A stretch of 64,000 nucleotides of DNA from Bradyrhizobium sp. GTDB lineage: Bacteria; Pseudomonadota; Alphaproteobacteria; Rhizobiales; Xanthobacteraceae. The stretch spans positions 50,110-114,109 of the forward strand of contig NZ_DATHOP010000154.1 of the NCBI RefSeq assembly GCF_035484855.1, given 5' to 3'. The notes under the pieces are model-generated. The model ran no database searches. It saw only the letters and a program-made list of their open reading frames with translations, and was not told the DNA's origin. Below are positions 49,293-58,867 of the stretch, piece after piece (the stretch's first letter is position 1; every line of letters begins with the position of its first letter). A program made the position numbers and the translations under genes.

Positions 49293-49918
49293 ACCGTTTC
49301 ATCCCGTCGCATTTCGGATAGAAAAAACGTGAAAATGCCGCCCGCCATCACGGCGATTGTCGCAACTTTTAGAACGAAGCGAATGGTGAGTTCTCCACCC
49401 AGCAAATTATAGATAAGTGTCGCGGCGTCGCCGATCAAAAACGCACCGGCGACGAACAGCGTCAGATACGTCAACCATTTGCGCGGCCGCGAGGCACGCT
49501 TCGTCAGATCGGTCCTGATCGCGTGGTTGACCGACCGAAACGTCAGCATGAAAAGCGGAAATGCGACGATGATCCAGGCCATATCCCAGCGGATGTTGTT
49601 GTTCGACGCCTGAATGGAGTTCTGCCAAAGCGGATCGGGAAAGCTTCGATTGATCAATTCGAACAGCAGCGAACCGATACTGAAGGCTGTGCCGTAGAGG
49701 GCCGCAAACAGAATGAGATAAATGAAAACCTCACGCGCCGAGAGGTAGGGTTTGGGCCGCGGCACCGGGATCGGAAACGCCACATCGGCGAACGCGTTCA
49801 GCGCGGCCTTGATGTCATGTTCGGCCCAGCCCGCTCGCTTGAGGGTATCGGCAATTTCCTCGCGCCCGATGCCCTTCTCCAACGCCGCTCGCGTGAACTC
49901 AACAAGTCCGACACTCAT
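49289..49918 (-). CDS. DUF5671-like membrane protein
   Basis: L..AGW...I N-terminal motif, AREVFIYL, RKWLTYLTLF, GELTIRFVLK. Confidence 0.75.
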   Translation of the reverse strand: MSVGLVEFTRAALEKGIGREEIADTLKRAGWAEHDIKAALNAFADVAFPIPVPRPKPYLSAREVFIYLILFAALYGTAFSIGSLLFELINRSFPDPLWQNSIQASNNNIRWDMAWIIVAFPLFMLTFRSVNHAIRTDLTKRASRPRKWLTYLTLFVAGAFLIGDAATLIYNLLGGELTIRFVLKVATIAVMAGGIFTFFLSEMRRDETV

Positions 49919-49994
49919 GTCGTAGCTCCCTGTCTCGCGCTTCGATGGGTCCGCAGGCGATCCCCCTGATTATACGCCTGACGGGTCCACAGCC

Positions 49995-51128
49995 CTAGCG
50001 CGGCGGAATGTCGCCTTGTGCCCAGCCGTCGCGGGCGCGTTCGCGGAAACTTTCGAACGTTCCCTGCGCGATCGCTTCCCGCATGTCCTGCATCAGTTGT
50101 TGGTAGTAGGCGATGTTGATTTCCGACAACAACATCGCCCCCAGCGTCTCGCCCGACCGCACAAGGTGATGCAGATAGGCGCGCGAGATGCCGCGCGTCG
50201 ACGGCCATGCGCTCTCCTCGTCCAGCGGCCTGATATCGTCGGCATGGCGGGCGTTGCGCAGGTTGATCTGGCCGAAACGGGTGAACGCCATGCCGTGGCG
50301 GCCGTTCCGAGTCGGCATCACGCAATCGAACATGTCCATCCCGCGCGCGACCGCCTCCAGCAGATCCTCGGGCGTTCCGACGCCCATCAGATAGCGTGGG
50401 CGATCGCCGGGCAGTTCTGCTGCGACCTCTTCGACCATGGCGAGCATGACGTCCTGAGGTTCGCCGACCGCAAGGCCGCCGATCGCATAGCCGTGAAAGC
50501 CGATCTCGACCAGGCCCCGCGCGCTGGCCCGCCGCAGTTGCGACAGGTCGCCACCTTGCGCGATGCCGAACAGCATATACCCCGCTGGCGCCGTCTCGAA
50601 GGCGCGCTTGCTGCGCTCGGCCCAGCGCAACGAGAGCAGCATCGCACGCTCGACATCATCAGGCTCGGCTGGCAGCCTTACGCATTCGTCGAGCTGCATG
50701 GCGATATCGGAGCCGAGCAGAAGCTGCACCTCGATCGAGCGTTCCGGCGACAATTCTATTTTTTCGCCGTCGATATGCGAACGGAAGGTCACCGCGTGCT
50801 CGCTCACTTTCCGCAACTCCGACAGCGACATCACCTGGAAGCCGCCGGAGTCCGTCAGCATCGGGCCGTTCCAGCCGGTGAAGTGTTGCAGACCGCCCAG
50901 CGCCGCGATCCGCTCGGCGCCCGGCCGCAGCATCAGATGATAGGTGTTGCCGAGCACGATATCGCTGCCGGCTTCGCGCACCTCGCGCCAATGCACGCCC
51001 TTCATGGCGCCCGCGGTGCCGACCGGCATGAAGGCCGGCGTGCGCACCACGCCATGCGGCGTGGTCAGAAGGCCGGTGCGCGCGGTGCCGTCAGTCGCCA
51101 GCAGTTCGAAATGATTGGGAAGGGCCAT
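49995..51128 (-). CDS. tgt: tRNA-guanine transglycosylase
   Basis: TPAFMPVGT, NTYHL, TDSGGFQV, GGLAVGE, RYLMGVG, DMFDCVMPTR. Confidence 0.97.
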   Translation of the reverse strand: MALPNHFELLATDGTARTGLLTTPHGVVRTPAFMPVGTAGAMKGVHWREVREAGSDIVLGNTYHLMLRPGAERIAALGGLQHFTGWNGPMLTDSGGFQVMSLSELRKVSEHAVTFRSHIDGEKIELSPERSIEVQLLLGSDIAMQLDECVRLPAEPDDVERAMLLSLRWAERSKRAFETAPAGYMLFGIAQGGDLSQLRRASARGLVEIGFHGYAIGGLAVGEPQDVMLAMVEEVAAELPGDRPRYLMGVGTPEDLLEAVARGMDMFDCVMPTRNGRHGMAFTRFGQINLRNARHADDIRPLDEESAWPSTRGISRAYLHHLVRSGETLGAMLLSEINIAYYQQLMQDMREAIAQGTFESFRERARDGWAQGDIPPR

Positions 51129-51130
51129 CG

Positions 51131-52207
51131 TTACGACTTATCACGAAACAACAGGCAGGCGTCGCCGTAGGAATAGAACCGGTAGCCCGCTTGAATTGCG
51201 TGGGCATAGGCCTGTTGCATCGTCGCCAGCCCTGAGAACGCCGACACCAGCATGAACAGGGTCGAGCGCGGCAGGTGGAAATTGGTCAGGAGAATATCGA
51301 CCGCGCGAAAGCGATAGCCCGGCGTGATGAAGATCGCGGTCTCGCCGGAAAACGGCTCGATGGTGCCGTCCTCGGCGGCGGCACTTTCCAGAAGCCGCAG
51401 CGAGGTGGTGCCGACCGCGACGATGCGGCCGCCCGCGGCGCGCGCCGCGTTCAGCACGCCCGCCGTCTCGGCCGACAGGCTGCCCCATTCCGAATGCATG
51501 CGGTGCCGCTCGGTGTCCTCCGCCTTGACCGGCAGGAAGGTCCCGGCGCCGACATGCAGCGTCACCCTGACGATCCCGATGCCGCGCGCACGCAAGGCGG
51601 TCTCCAGATCGGGGGTAAAATGCAAGCCCGCGGTCGGCGCCGCGACCGCGCCCTCCTCGACTGCGAACATGGTCTGGTAATCGCTGGCGTCGCGCTCGTC
51701 GGGCGCCCGCCTGGAGGCGATGTAGGGCGGCAATGGCGGGCTGCCGAGGTCGGCGATGGCCTGGTCGAGCGCGGGGCCGTGAAACGAAAACGACAGCGTG
51801 ACCTCGCCGTCACTGCCCTTGTGCTCAACTTGCGCGTCGAGATGGCCGAGCAGGCATACCCTGCCCTCGTTGCCGAAACGAACCACGTCGCCCGTCGAAA
51901 GCTTTTTGGCCGGCTTGACCAGCGCCTGCCAGCGCGAGCCGTCGAGCCGTTTGATCAGGGTCGCCTCGATCTTCGGCTCAGTCTCGCGGCCGATGCGGCG
52001 ACCTTTGAGCTGGGCGGATATCACCTTGGTGTCGTTGACCACCAATTGGTCGCCGGGATCGAGCCATCGCGGAAGGTCGGCGATACCCTGGTCGCGCAAA
52101 ATACCGTCGCGCTGGACCACCAGCATCCGCGCGGAGTCGCGCGGGCTGGCCGGGCGCAGCGCGATGCTGGCGGCTGGGAGTTCGAAGTCGAAGAGGTCGG
52201 TGCGCAT
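51131..52207 (-). CDS. queA: S-adenosylmethionine:tRNA ribosyltransferase-isomerase
   Basis: [44 protein letters not shown]. Confidence 0.97.
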   Translation of the reverse strand: MRTDLFDFELPAASIALRPASPRDSARMLVVQRDGILRDQGIADLPRWLDPGDQLVVNDTKVISAQLKGRRIGRETEPKIEATLIKRLDGSRWQALVKPAKKLSTGDVVRFGNEGRVCLLGHLDAQVEHKGSDGEVTLSFSFHGPALDQAIADLGSPPLPPYIASRRAPDERDASDYQTMFAVEEGAVAAPTAGLHFTPDLETALRARGIGIVRVTLHVGAGTFLPVKAEDTERHRMHSEWGSLSAETAGVLNAARAAGGRIVAVGTTSLRLLESAAAEDGTIEPFSGETAIFITPGYRFRAVDILLTNFHLPRSTLFMLVSAFSGLATMQQAYAHAIQAGYRFYSYGDACLLFRDKS

Positions 52208-52238
52208 GGCGCCAATGCGCTCCAGCATGGTCTCACAA

Positions 52239-52340
52239 CGTCATTCCGGGGCACGCGAAGCGTGAACCTCAGATGTGCAATTGCACCTCGGCGAACCTCG
52301 AGATTCCGGGTTCAGCCCTGCGGGCTGCCCCGGAACGACG
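52239..52340. repeat. CGTC-type palindromic interspersed repeat
   Basis: Terminal inverted repeat CGTCATTCCGGGG...CCCCGGAACGACG with internal GATGTGCAATTGCAC palindrome. Confidence 0.8.
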
Positions 52341-52350
52341 GAAGGTCCAT

Positions 52351-52818
52351 TCACGCCGCCTCGTCCAGCGCCATCCGCGCCTTGACGATCTTGTCGGGGT
52401 TTTTCACCGGCTCGCCGCGCTTGATCTTGTCGACGTTCTCCATGCCCGAGGTGACCTTGCCCCAGACCGTGTACTGCTTGTTCAGGAAGGACGCGTCGTC
52501 GAAGCAGATAAAGAACTGGCTGTCGCCGGAATCCGGGCTCGCCGCGCGCGCCATCGAAGTGGTGCCGCGGACATGGGGCTCGTTGTTGAATTCGGCCTTC
52601 AGCTTCTTGCCGGAGCCGCCGGTGCCGGTACCCTGCGGACAGCCGGTCTGCGCCATGAAGCCGTCGATCACGCGGTGGAACACGATGCCGTCGTAAAAAC
52701 CCTCGCGCACCAGTTCCTTGATCCGCGCGACGTGACCCGGCGCGAGATCGGGCCGCATCTCGATCGTGACCGGTCCCTGCGTGGTTTCGAGGATCAAGGT
52801 ATTTTCGGTGTCAGCCAT
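52351..52818 (-). CDS. Cyclophilin-type peptidyl-prolyl isomerase (cytoplasmic)
   Basis: FHRVIDGFMAQTG, SMAR, SQFFI, YTVWG.V..GM. Confidence 0.95.
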   Translation of the reverse strand: MADTENTLILETTQGPVTIEMRPDLAPGHVARIKELVREGFYDGIVFHRVIDGFMAQTGCPQGTGTGGSGKKLKAEFNNEPHVRGTTSMARAASPDSGDSQFFICFDDASFLNKQYTVWGKVTSGMENVDKIKRGEPVKNPDKIVKARMALDEAA

Positions 52819-53240
52819 GCTCTCTTCTCTGCGGGTTGGGGTGGTGGTTTCGGTTTGTGGAACTGGATCGCGAAGGGGTGGCCGGCGACCGCGCCGGCCA
52901 TATCATCGGTAAATGGTATCGGCGTGCAGCGTTGCAACGCCTCCATCACGGCGATGCGGTACTGCACGCGGTCGTTGTCGGTGGCCGCCGCCGATTCATA
53001 GGTGATCCGGGGATGGCCCAGGATCTCGCCTGCGCGGTTAAAGCTCACGATCACGGTGATGTCGATAGGGTTGGCGAGCGAGGCCGGCGGCGGCCGCCAG
53101 CATTTCGAAAACCTCTCGATCGCCTCGCGGATGGTATTGACCTGCCCTCCTTCGGCCCGCGCGCCGGCCGACCACAGCAGCAGCAGCAGCAAGGCGGCGG
53201 CAGACCAGATCGGCCGCAAAGCGATGCCACGCGGGTTCAC
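52794..53240 (-). CDS. Secreted TonB-C/TolA-C-like hypothetical protein
   Basis: Signal peptide; CWRPP...VSFNRAG.I.G.P...AL.RC.P. Confidence 0.7.
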   Translation of the reverse strand: MNPRGIALRPIWSAAALLLLLLWSAGARAEGGQVNTIREAIERFSKCWRPPPASLANPIDITVIVSFNRAGEILGHPRITYESAAATDNDRVQYRIAVMEALQRCTPIPFTDDMAGAVAGHPFAIQFHKPKPPPQPAEKRAWLTPKIP

Positions 53241-54709
53241 TTGATGTCGGATGCGACTTGCACCCTGACCATCTTGTCGGGATCGGGCACGTTGCCGCCC
53301 GGAGACCCCGCAGGCGCCCGCTTCAATTTATCGACCACGTCCATCCCCGACACCACTTCGCCGATTACGGTGTACTTGCCATTCAGGCTGGGCGCGTCGG
53401 CGTACATGATGAAGAACTGCGAATTAGCGGAATCCGCACTCGCCGCCCGCGCCATGCCGACGATGCCGCGCCTATAAGACAGGCTGGAGAATTCGGGCTT
53501 CAGATTGGGATGTTTCGAACCGCCGGTGCCGTTGAAATTCTGCCCGTCACCGGTCTGCGCCATGAAGTTCTCGATGACGCGATGGAACGGCACGTTGTCG
53601 TAGTAACCCTCGCGCGTTAATTGAATGATCCGCTCGGCATGCGCCGGCGCGAGGTCGGCTCGCAGCTTGATGACGATCCGCCCCTTGGTGGTATCGATGA
53701 CGATGACATTGGCGGGGTCGACACCGGCCGGTACGAGTTTCGACGACGCGGCTATCGGCGGCGGCGAGATCGCGGCGAGCTTCGTCTTCTCTTCGATCTT
53801 GACCCGGGCCAGCCCCGCAAAGGGGCATTTCGAAAACAGCCGGAGGTGGTCCTGGTAGGCGGCGACCGTCCCGATCGCATTGGCGCTTTCCCAATGCGCC
53901 TGCGCGGCCGCGCAGGGGTCAGGGGCCGCGGCCGGCGGTGATGCCGACGCGACGCCGCCGGGCGCGCCCGAGAAGTAGAAATTGCCGTCGATCGGCGAGG
54001 ACGACACCCAGGGCTGCTGCACGCCGCCGGTGGCCCGCTTGACCGAAAGCCCGACCTGATTGAAGGCGTCGAAAATCCCGAGCCCCGGCTTTTGCATGAT
54101 GTCGGCAAGGGCCCTGGAATACGGGCTGTTCCCGTCGGCGCCGTCCTGGGCCACGCTGTCGGGCTGGGTGGCATAGGAAATCAGGGTCCCCTCGGGCACC
54201 TGGATTTGCGCCAACCCGCCCGTGGCCGAGCGGAAGCCGCGATTGCCGAACGGATTGTTGCGGCAGGCGTCGAGCACGACGAGGTTGAGCTTGGTGCCCG
54301 AACTCTCCATCTGGCGCAGCACCGAACCGACGTCGATCATCTGGAAATCCGCGTCCGCCTCGCGCGTCGGGTTGGCGCCGATCGGGACCAGGAAATTGGT
54401 GCCGCGGATCTGAACGCCATGGCCGGCGTAGTAGAACATTCCGACGTCGGCGCCCGGCAGGTTTTTGCCGAACTCAAGGATCGCCGCTTCCAGCTTGGTC
54501 TTGTTCAGGTCGAGCTGCGCCCCGCCACCGACCAGCGTAAAGCCGAGGCCCGCAAGCGTGGTCGCGATCAGCCGCGCATCGTTGCGCGGATTGTCCAGCG
54601 GGGTGATGTTCTCGTAGGCCGAGTTGCCGACCACGAGCGCAATGCGTTTCTCGGCCCATGCCGGCGAAGCGGCGAGCAAGGCGGCGATACATGCGAGAAC
54701 GCGGATCAT
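53237..54709 (-). CDS. Secreted caspase (peptidase C14)-cyclophilin fusion protein
   Basis: Signal peptide; RIALVVGNSAY, YYAGHG, LDACRNNP; helical linker; C-terminal cyclophilin FHRVIENFMAQTGD...SQFFI. Confidence 0.9.
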   Translation of the reverse strand: MIRVLACIAALLAASPAWAEKRIALVVGNSAYENITPLDNPRNDARLIATTLAGLGFTLVGGGAQLDLNKTKLEAAILEFGKNLPGADVGMFYYAGHGVQIRGTNFLVPIGANPTREADADFQMIDVGSVLRQMESSGTKLNLVVLDACRNNPFGNRGFRSATGGLAQIQVPEGTLISYATQPDSVAQDGADGNSPYSRALADIMQKPGLGIFDAFNQVGLSVKRATGGVQQPWVSSSPIDGNFYFSGAPGGVASASPPAAAPDPCAAAQAHWESANAIGTVAAYQDHLRLFSKCPFAGLARVKIEEKTKLAAISPPPIAASSKLVPAGVDPANVIVIDTTKGRIVIKLRADLAPAHAERIIQLTREGYYDNVPFHRVIENFMAQTGDGQNFNGTGGSKHPNLKPEFSSLSYRRGIVGMARAASADSANSQFFIMYADAPSLNGKYTVIGEVVSGMDVVDKLKRAPAGSPGGNVPDPDKMVRVQVASDIK

Positions 54710-54739
54710 GGCGCCCTTTTCGAATTCAGACCGGACGCC

Positions 54740-55300
54740 TCACTTGATGTCGGAGGCGACCTGGACCTTCACCATCTTGTCGGGATCGGTGACGCTGCCG
54801 CTTTGCGATCCCGGCGGAGCTTTTTTCAGCTTGTCGGCGACATCCATGCCCGACACCACCTGCCCGACTACGGAATATTTGCCGTCGAGGAAGGACGCAT
54901 CGTCGAACACGATGAAAAATTGGCAGTTCGAGGAGTTCGGCTGACCGGTCGAGGCCATGCCGACGACGCCGCGCTGGAACGAAACCTTGGAAAATTCGTC
55001 CGGCGGATTGGGATGGTCGGAATGGCCGGTGCCGTCGAAATTCTTGCCGTCGCCGGTCTGTGCCATGAAGCCGCCCATCACGCGATGGAACGGCACGTTG
55101 TTGTAAAACCCCTCGCGCGTCAGCAGCTTGATCATCTCGGCGTGTTTCGGCGCGATATCGGTCCGGAGCTGGATCACGATCCGCCCCTTGGTGGTGTCGA
55201 TCACGATCGCATTTGGCTTGTCGAGCTTGGCAGGCAGCGGCTGGGCGATCGCGGGCGCGGCACAGACCAGCGCTGCGATAAGGGCGAGAATTCGGATCAT
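54740..55300 (-). CDS. Cyclophilin-type peptidyl-prolyl isomerase (periplasmic)
   Basis: Signal peptide; FHRVMGGFMAQTGD, VGMA, QFFI. Confidence 0.95.
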   Translation of the reverse strand: MIRILALIAALVCAAPAIAQPLPAKLDKPNAIVIDTTKGRIVIQLRTDIAPKHAEMIKLLTREGFYNNVPFHRVMGGFMAQTGDGKNFDGTGHSDHPNPPDEFSKVSFQRGVVGMASTGQPNSSNCQFFIVFDDASFLDGKYSVVGQVVSGMDVADKLKKAPPGSQSGSVTDPDKMVKVQVASDIK

Positions 55301-55377
55301 GGAAACTCCGGCAGAGTTGGTTGAAGCGTTTGGGATAGCGCGGTGGATTATCGTTTCCAGTTTTGCGAAAACAGACG

Positions 55378-55875
55378 CTAGCTGGCGAATTTGGTCTTGA
55401 GCTGGGCTGCGACCTCTGGCGGAACGAATTTGGAGACGTCGCCGCCCATGCCGGCGATTTGGCGCACCAGTGTGGCGGTGATCGGGCGGACCATTGGGGA
55501 AGCCGGCAGGAAAACGGTGTGGACCTCCGGCGCCATGGTCTCGTTCATGCCGGCGATCTGCATCTCGTAGTCGAGATCGGTGCCATCCCTTAAGCCGCGA
55601 ATCAGGATGGTGGCACCGGCGCGCTTGGCGGCGGTGACGGTGAGGTCATCGAAGGTGGTGCAGTCGAATTGGCATCCGGCAGTCTTGGCGACCGGCCCGA
55701 ATACCTCCCGCACCATCGCCAGGCGCTCTTCCACAGAAAACAGCGGCTTCTTGCCGGGATGCAGCCCGATGGCGACGATCAGCCGGTCACACAGGCCGAC
55801 GGCGTGCCTGACGACGTCGAGATGGCCGTTGGTGACGGGGTCGAAGGAGCCGGGATAGAGCGCGATACGGGGCAT
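55378..55875 (-). CDS. coaD: Phosphopantetheine adenylyltransferase
   Basis: [25 protein letters not shown]. Confidence 0.97.
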   Translation of the reverse strand: MPRIALYPGSFDPVTNGHLDVVRHAVGLCDRLIVAIGLHPGKKPLFSVEERLAMVREVFGPVAKTAGCQFDCTTFDDLTVTAAKRAGATILIRGLRDGTDLDYEMQIAGMNETMAPEVHTVFLPASPMVRPITATLVRQIAGMGGDVSKFVPPEVAAQLKTKFAS

Positions 55876-56146
55876 AAGCCCGTCTACCCCGCCCCGGGCG
55901 GCCCCGCAAGCCGGACTGGTTCCCCCTGAAACTGCTGATTTATTTGGACCCCTGCTCTGAACCTATCGGGGGTTCGGGGCGTCTCCTAGGCAAGCCGAGC
56001 ATGTTTCGTCCCGCTTAAGGCGACGAAACAAAACTCGGCTCCGAAGAAACCATTTTCGCCTGCCGCGAAGACATCCGGAAACCGGTGCTTTGTATCAGTT
56101 GGTTAACGAAACGACGGGCCAAAAGGCCCAATGACAGGGGACCGTC

Positions 56147-56404
56147 ATGATCAAGGCACTTTCCGCCATCGCTATTGCTGCGCTTGTCGCCGCAGCCCTC
56201 ACCGTTCTTCCCGGTTTTGCCCCCCAGGTTGAAGCCAGCGTTCCGCAGGCGCTCGCCAAGGGCGATCGGCTCGATATCCACACCGTCGGACCCGGCTGCT
56301 CGCAAAAGGCCTGGCCGAATTTCGAAGCTTCCTGCCTGCGCATTGCCGGTACCAAGACTGTGATCCGGGAAGCCCGGCTGGTCACCGCCGACCGTACGCC
56401 GTAG
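56147..56404 (+). CDS. Small secreted hypothetical protein
   Basis: Signal peptide; KGDRLD...CSQKAWPNFEASCL. Confidence 0.8.
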   Translation: MIKALSAIAIAALVAAALTVLPGFAPQVEASVPQALAKGDRLDIHTVGPGCSQKAWPNFEASCLRIAGTKTVIREARLVTADRTP

Positions 56405-56446
56405 ACGCGGCGGCTGAAATCAAACCAGAGTTTTGGACTACCAGAC

Positions 56447-56484
56447 TGGAGGCCAGGCGGGCGCGCTGGCCTCCATTTTTGTTT
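56447..56484 (+). terminator. Intrinsic terminator
   Basis: TGGAGGCCAG...CTGGCCTCCA-TTTTTGTTT. Confidence 0.85.
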
Positions 56485-56663
56485 GCGGCGGGAATGAAGC
56501 ATCGCGCCGGTATCCCTGAAGCGGACCTGACAGTTGCGAACGCCGATGTCCGAACCCTGACGCACGTGCGACATCGCAGGAGGGCAAATGGCCGGACTCG
56601 CCGCGATGCCGCCCCGGCTGTATGATCGCCTCCAAACTTCCTGCGAAGGAGCCATGTCTTCCG

Positions 56664-56963
56664 ATGGGGCACGCAACTTCTGCAAGCTTGACGTTCGTCC
56701 TGATTGCGCGCGTACCGTCTGACGGGGTTGCCAGCTTTCAGGCCTACGAGGACGCCGTACTCCCGCTATTGAGCGAGTTTGGCGGATTGCTGGAGCGGCG
56801 ATTGCGCAACTCCGACGGCACGATCGAAGTTCATATCGTCAGCTTCGATTCGGATCAGAATTTCCAGAGGTTCCGAAGCGACCCGAGACGCGCCTCTTTT
56901 GCGCATCTGCTTGAGGCGTCAGCAGCCAGCATTGAACGGTTTGCGATGACTGATGTCGCTTAG
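56664..56963 (+). CDS. Dimeric alpha-beta barrel (DUF1330-like) protein
   Basis: FQAYEDAVLPLL..FGG.L.RR...EVHIVSF.S...F..FR.DP. Confidence 0.7.
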   Translation: MGHATSASLTFVLIARVPSDGVASFQAYEDAVLPLLSEFGGLLERRLRNSDGTIEVHIVSFDSDQNFQRFRSDPRRASFAHLLEASAASIERFAMTDVA

Positions 56964-57238
56964 CGGCAGCTTGATCGCCTGCGCGCGCCCGCCGATCGGA
57001 TGTTCACCGACGAAGTAACCCGGCTGCTGGTGGCGCGGTTGGCGCATCTGGCATCTTCACCGGAAGTATACTTTCAAACCATTCCGGATACCTAACGACC
57101 GCCGCTAATGCCAACACCATCCCGATTGACTGATCAATCGTTGCTATCGCAAATAGCGCGTGCGAAGCTTTCCGCTGGTCGGCCAACCGCCCGGGAAGCC
57201 GTACGCGGTCCCCTCAAGTAGAGGCGCGCAATGAATTG

Positions 57239-57345
57239 GAAGACGTGCACACACAATTTTTGCTTGGCACCATGTATGAAAACGAAAAGGCGTTACGCAA
57301 GACTACAGCGAAGCCATGAAGGTGTCAGCCGACCCACAAGGATTG
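57239..57345 (+). pseudogene. Frameshifted Sel1-like repeat remnant
   Basis: EDVHTQFLLGTMYEN then a frameshift into GVTQDYSEAMK, matching AQ..LG.MY..G.GV.QD..EA.K. Confidence 0.65.
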
Positions 57346-57412
57346 CAAATGAGCAGACGCTTTCTCGATGAGCTGGTCTGAACACATTTTTTAAGTTTGC
57401 GGGAGCGGTTCG

Positions 57413-57793
57413 ATGCGGCCAATTCATGTCTTGGCGCCGGTGTGCACGATGGCGGCGCTGTTGTTGTCTGCTCCGTCGTTCAGCGGCGATCTGCATGAAT
57501 TTGACAATCAGGCGAATTTCAAAACGTCAGGAGATTTTGTACGCGGCTGCGCCGGCCCCAAGGTTTCCGTCAATTGCATGACGGACTTCGTGATGACGGA
57601 TATTGCGGAGGGAAAATCAGGGCAGCATTGTTTGCCCGACACGTCTGCTGCGAATTTGGAACAGGGAAATGCAAAAAGAACGGCGATAGTCGTCAGCCTT
57701 GTCGCGTGGCTCAAGATGCACCCCGAATATTCGAAGAAGCGCGCATCCGAAGGCTTGTCCGCCGCCATGCATTCAGTGTATCCGTGCCATTGA
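57413..57793 (+). CDS. Secreted Rap1a-like (T6SS immunity-like) protein
   Basis: Signal peptide; TSGDFVRGC...C...CLP...AWLKMHPE....A....AM...YPC cysteine pattern. Confidence 0.6.
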   Translation: MRPIHVLAPVCTMAALLLSAPSFSGDLHEFDNQANFKTSGDFVRGCAGPKVSVNCMTDFVMTDIAEGKSGQHCLPDTSAANLEQGNAKRTAIVVSLVAWLKMHPEYSKKRASEGLSAAMHSVYPCH

Positions 57794-57822
57794 GTCCGAT
57801 GCGCATTGGAGCGGCAGGGAGC

Positions 57823-58800
57823 ATGCAAATCATCCGGGCGATTGCGACCGTCGCAACGCTCTCTGCTGCGACCGCACCTGCGCTCGCGCAGGACTGGCCG
57901 ACACATGGGATGACGTTCGTGGTGCCGTTTGCGGCCGGCGGTTCGAGCGACGCCATCGCGCGTATCGTCGCGGATGGAATCAGCAACAACCTTCAACAGC
58001 CGGTTGTGATCGAGAACGTCACCGGCACCGGCGGTCTGCTGGGCGGACGCCGCGTGGCGAAGGCCGCGCCCGACGGCTATCAATTCGTGATCGGCAATGT
58101 CGGGACCTTCGCGCAGAGCCCCTGGCTCTACAAGACATCGCCTTACGATCCGGTTGCGGATTTCGCGCCGGTGGCGCTGCTGACCGACGAATCCCTGGTG
58201 TTGGTCGCCCGCAAGGACTTCCCCGCCGACAATTTGCAGCAGTTTATTGCCTACGCGAAGGCCAACCAGGAAAAGATGCACTACGCCTCGTCGGGCGTTG
58301 GCGGCTCCAATCATCTGGCCTGCATGCTGTTCAATATCGCTGCCGGCATCGAAGTCACGCACGTCCCCTATCGCAACGTCGTGCAGGGCATGCAGGACGT
58401 GATGGCCGGCCGGGTGGATTACGACTGCCTCAGCCTCCCCTTGGCGCTGCCGCAGATCGCCGCCAAGGCCATCAAACCCATCGCAATCCTGAGCAAGGAG
58501 CGGTCCGCCAGTCTGCCGGATCTGCCGTCGGCCCATGAGCAGGGGTTGACCGATTTCGACGCCGCGAGCTGGTATGCGCTGTTCCTGCCCGCCGGCACGC
58601 CGCCGGCGATTGTTCAAAAACTCAACCGCGCGACGATGGCCGCGCTCGACACGCCTGCCGTGCAGCAGCGGCTCAAGCAGATCGGGGGCGACGCGATTGC
58701 GCCGGAGCGCCGCTCGCCGGAATATCTTGCGAAATTTCTTGCTAGCCAAGTCAAGAAATGGGAGGCACCGATCAAGGCGAGCGGTATTCAGCTGGAGTGA
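57823..58800 (+). CDS. Tripartite tricarboxylate transporter substrate-binding protein (Bug/TctC)
   Basis: VVPFAAGGSSD..AR, VIEN..G.GG..G, PDGY, YASSGVG, HVPY. Confidence 0.92.
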   Translation: MQIIRAIATVATLSAATAPALAQDWPTHGMTFVVPFAAGGSSDAIARIVADGISNNLQQPVVIENVTGTGGLLGGRRVAKAAPDGYQFVIGNVGTFAQSPWLYKTSPYDPVADFAPVALLTDESLVLVARKDFPADNLQQFIAYAKANQEKMHYASSGVGGSNHLACMLFNIAAGIEVTHVPYRNVVQGMQDVMAGRVDYDCLSLPLALPQIAAKAIKPIAILSKERSASLPDLPSAHEQGLTDFDAASWYALFLPAGTPPAIVQKLNRATMAALDTPAVQQRLKQIGGDAIAPERRSPEYLAKFLASQVKKWEAPIKASGIQLE

Positions 58801-58867
58801 ACCGGCACGGCGCTTCGAGAAACAACAAGGCCCGGAAGGGCCGGCCAAATGATTGTGAGGGAATGCC

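Noticed and set aside
56515-56600. Degenerate AAGCGGAC...GTCCG interspersed repeat (similar string at 63450-63506)
   Set aside because: Too decayed to delimit or align confidently by eye
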